Of a DNA stretch of 64,000 nucleotides, positions 63,243 through 64,000 are shown piece after piece. The notes under the pieces were generated by a model. That model made no database searches and was not told the DNA's origin. It was given only the letters and a program-made list of their open reading frames with translations. The position numbers and the translations under genes were made by a program. Where the stretch lies: the sequence record OP599913.1, one strand, 5' to 3'. Numbering within the stretch: the stretch's first letter is position 1; each line of letters begins with the position of its first letter.

Positions 63243-64000
63243 ATGTTGGACATGAGTTTTATTACCCGAAAGGTAGCGGGTACGGAGTTCATTGAGTTCC
63301 AGAATGCTACCTTTAAAGACGAATTAACCGCTTGCTTGGATCAGTACATTACGATTACTGATAAGCGTGTGGTATTATCCCCTGACTGCCAAGTGGACGT
63401 ACTGGGACTCATTAAGAAACACACTGGCTTTAGCAACATAAAGCTGGAGTTGAACGACAGTGGTAACCTGTACATCGACGCGGGGTATTTCTCCCCGAAC
63501 CATGTTCTGAACAACACGGGTACTGATGTGTTGATTCCAGCCTCTAAGACTACCCTGTATCGGTGGTTTGTGGAGAACAAGAACAAGATCTTTAAAGGAG
63601 GTGTTGATTACCGCTCTGGTAAAGTGACCGGTTCGTTCCAAGACGTTCCCTTGACTATTGGGATCAACGTCAACCTGCATCAGTTCTTCCCGTTGGATAA
63701 GATCACCAAATGGAAAGTCTCCATGGGAGGTGCGCTAGCAGGCGGTATCGCTCACGAACTGGGACATGCCTTTGGGGGGTGTGCGCTCCTGCTGACTCAC
63801 CTGGAAGACAACCTGGTAGCCCGAGCAGGCTTGGATCAGTATCGTAAAGCCACCAAAGCAGAAGAACGGGTGATTATCCTGAAAGACACCGCTGCTATTC
63901 TGGATGTCCCAGAAGCCAAGTTGGAGGAACTGAAGAGCTTCGCCAACCAAGAAGATGGAGAGAACTACCTCCTCTACTACACCAAACTGCTCTCTCAACG
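63243..64000 (+). CDS. Putative virion head protein with HExxH metallopeptidase-like motif, 3'-truncated by the window edge
   Basis: Translated by hand (absent from the ORF track): MLDMSFITRKVAGTE|FIEF...AGGIAHELGHAF. AGGAG SD; HELGH at 63753-63767. Confidence 0.75.
   Translation, partial: MLDMSFITRKVAGTEFIEFQNATFKDELTACLDQYITITDKRVVLSPDCQVDVLGLIKKHTGFSNIKLELNDSGNLYIDAGYFSPNHVLNNTGTDVLIPASKTTLYRWFVENKNKIFKGGVDYRSGKVTGSFQDVPLTIGINVNLHQFFPLDKITKWKVSMGGALAGGIAHELGHAFGGCALLLTHLEDNLVARAGLDQYRKATKAEERVIILKDTAAILDVPEAKLEELKSFANQEDGENYLLYYTKLLSQ

Noticed and set aside
1-64000. tRNA, rRNA or CRISPR arrays
   Set aside because: I saw no cloverleaf with a T-loop/CCA pattern, no rRNA-like sequence and no regularly spaced direct repeats by eye. 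A tRNAscan/Infernal run would be needed to exclude them fully.
1-64000. Alternative genetic code / stop-codon reassignment
   Set aside because: Core genes are long and intact under the standard code, and TAA, TGA and TAG all end genes at sensible positions. The only internal stop in a core gene is explained by the intron.

Overview
This 64-kb window comes from a phiKZ-like, nucleus-forming jumbo phage (Chimalliviridae-type; as far as I recall, the gene order resembles phiKZ/SPN3US). In order it carries: thymidylate kinase and small accessory genes; tail tube and sheath, three putative baseplate-region proteins and the large terminase; an HslV-like Thr peptidase; the PhuZ tubulin; a split family-B DNA polymerase whose two halves lie about 36 kb apart; chimallin (nuclear shell); four non-virion RNA polymerase subunits with ChmC-like and PicA-like neighbours (these three family names rest mainly on synteny); an SbcD-like nuclease; an SF2 helicase; one virion RNAP subunit; and head proteins. 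Selfish elements are dense. A group I intron with an HNH gene splits the NADFDGD catalytic motif of nvRNAP beta'. Three class-3-type inteins all sit at GK|S/T junctions (terminase, nvRNAP beta' bridge helix, helicase). There is also a free-standing HNH gene, and a catalytically intact, TnpA-less TnpB with an omegaRNA-like tail that lies behind a phage-type promoter motif and directly upstream of the nvRNAP beta gene. A candidate programmed -1 frameshift (T TTT TTT at 58925-58931), which the ORF track does not show, would fuse two ORFs into a tail-assembly-chaperone-like G/GT pair. Candidate structured ncRNAs lie upstream of phuZ. All family assignments come from motif recognition and synteny; no database search was run.
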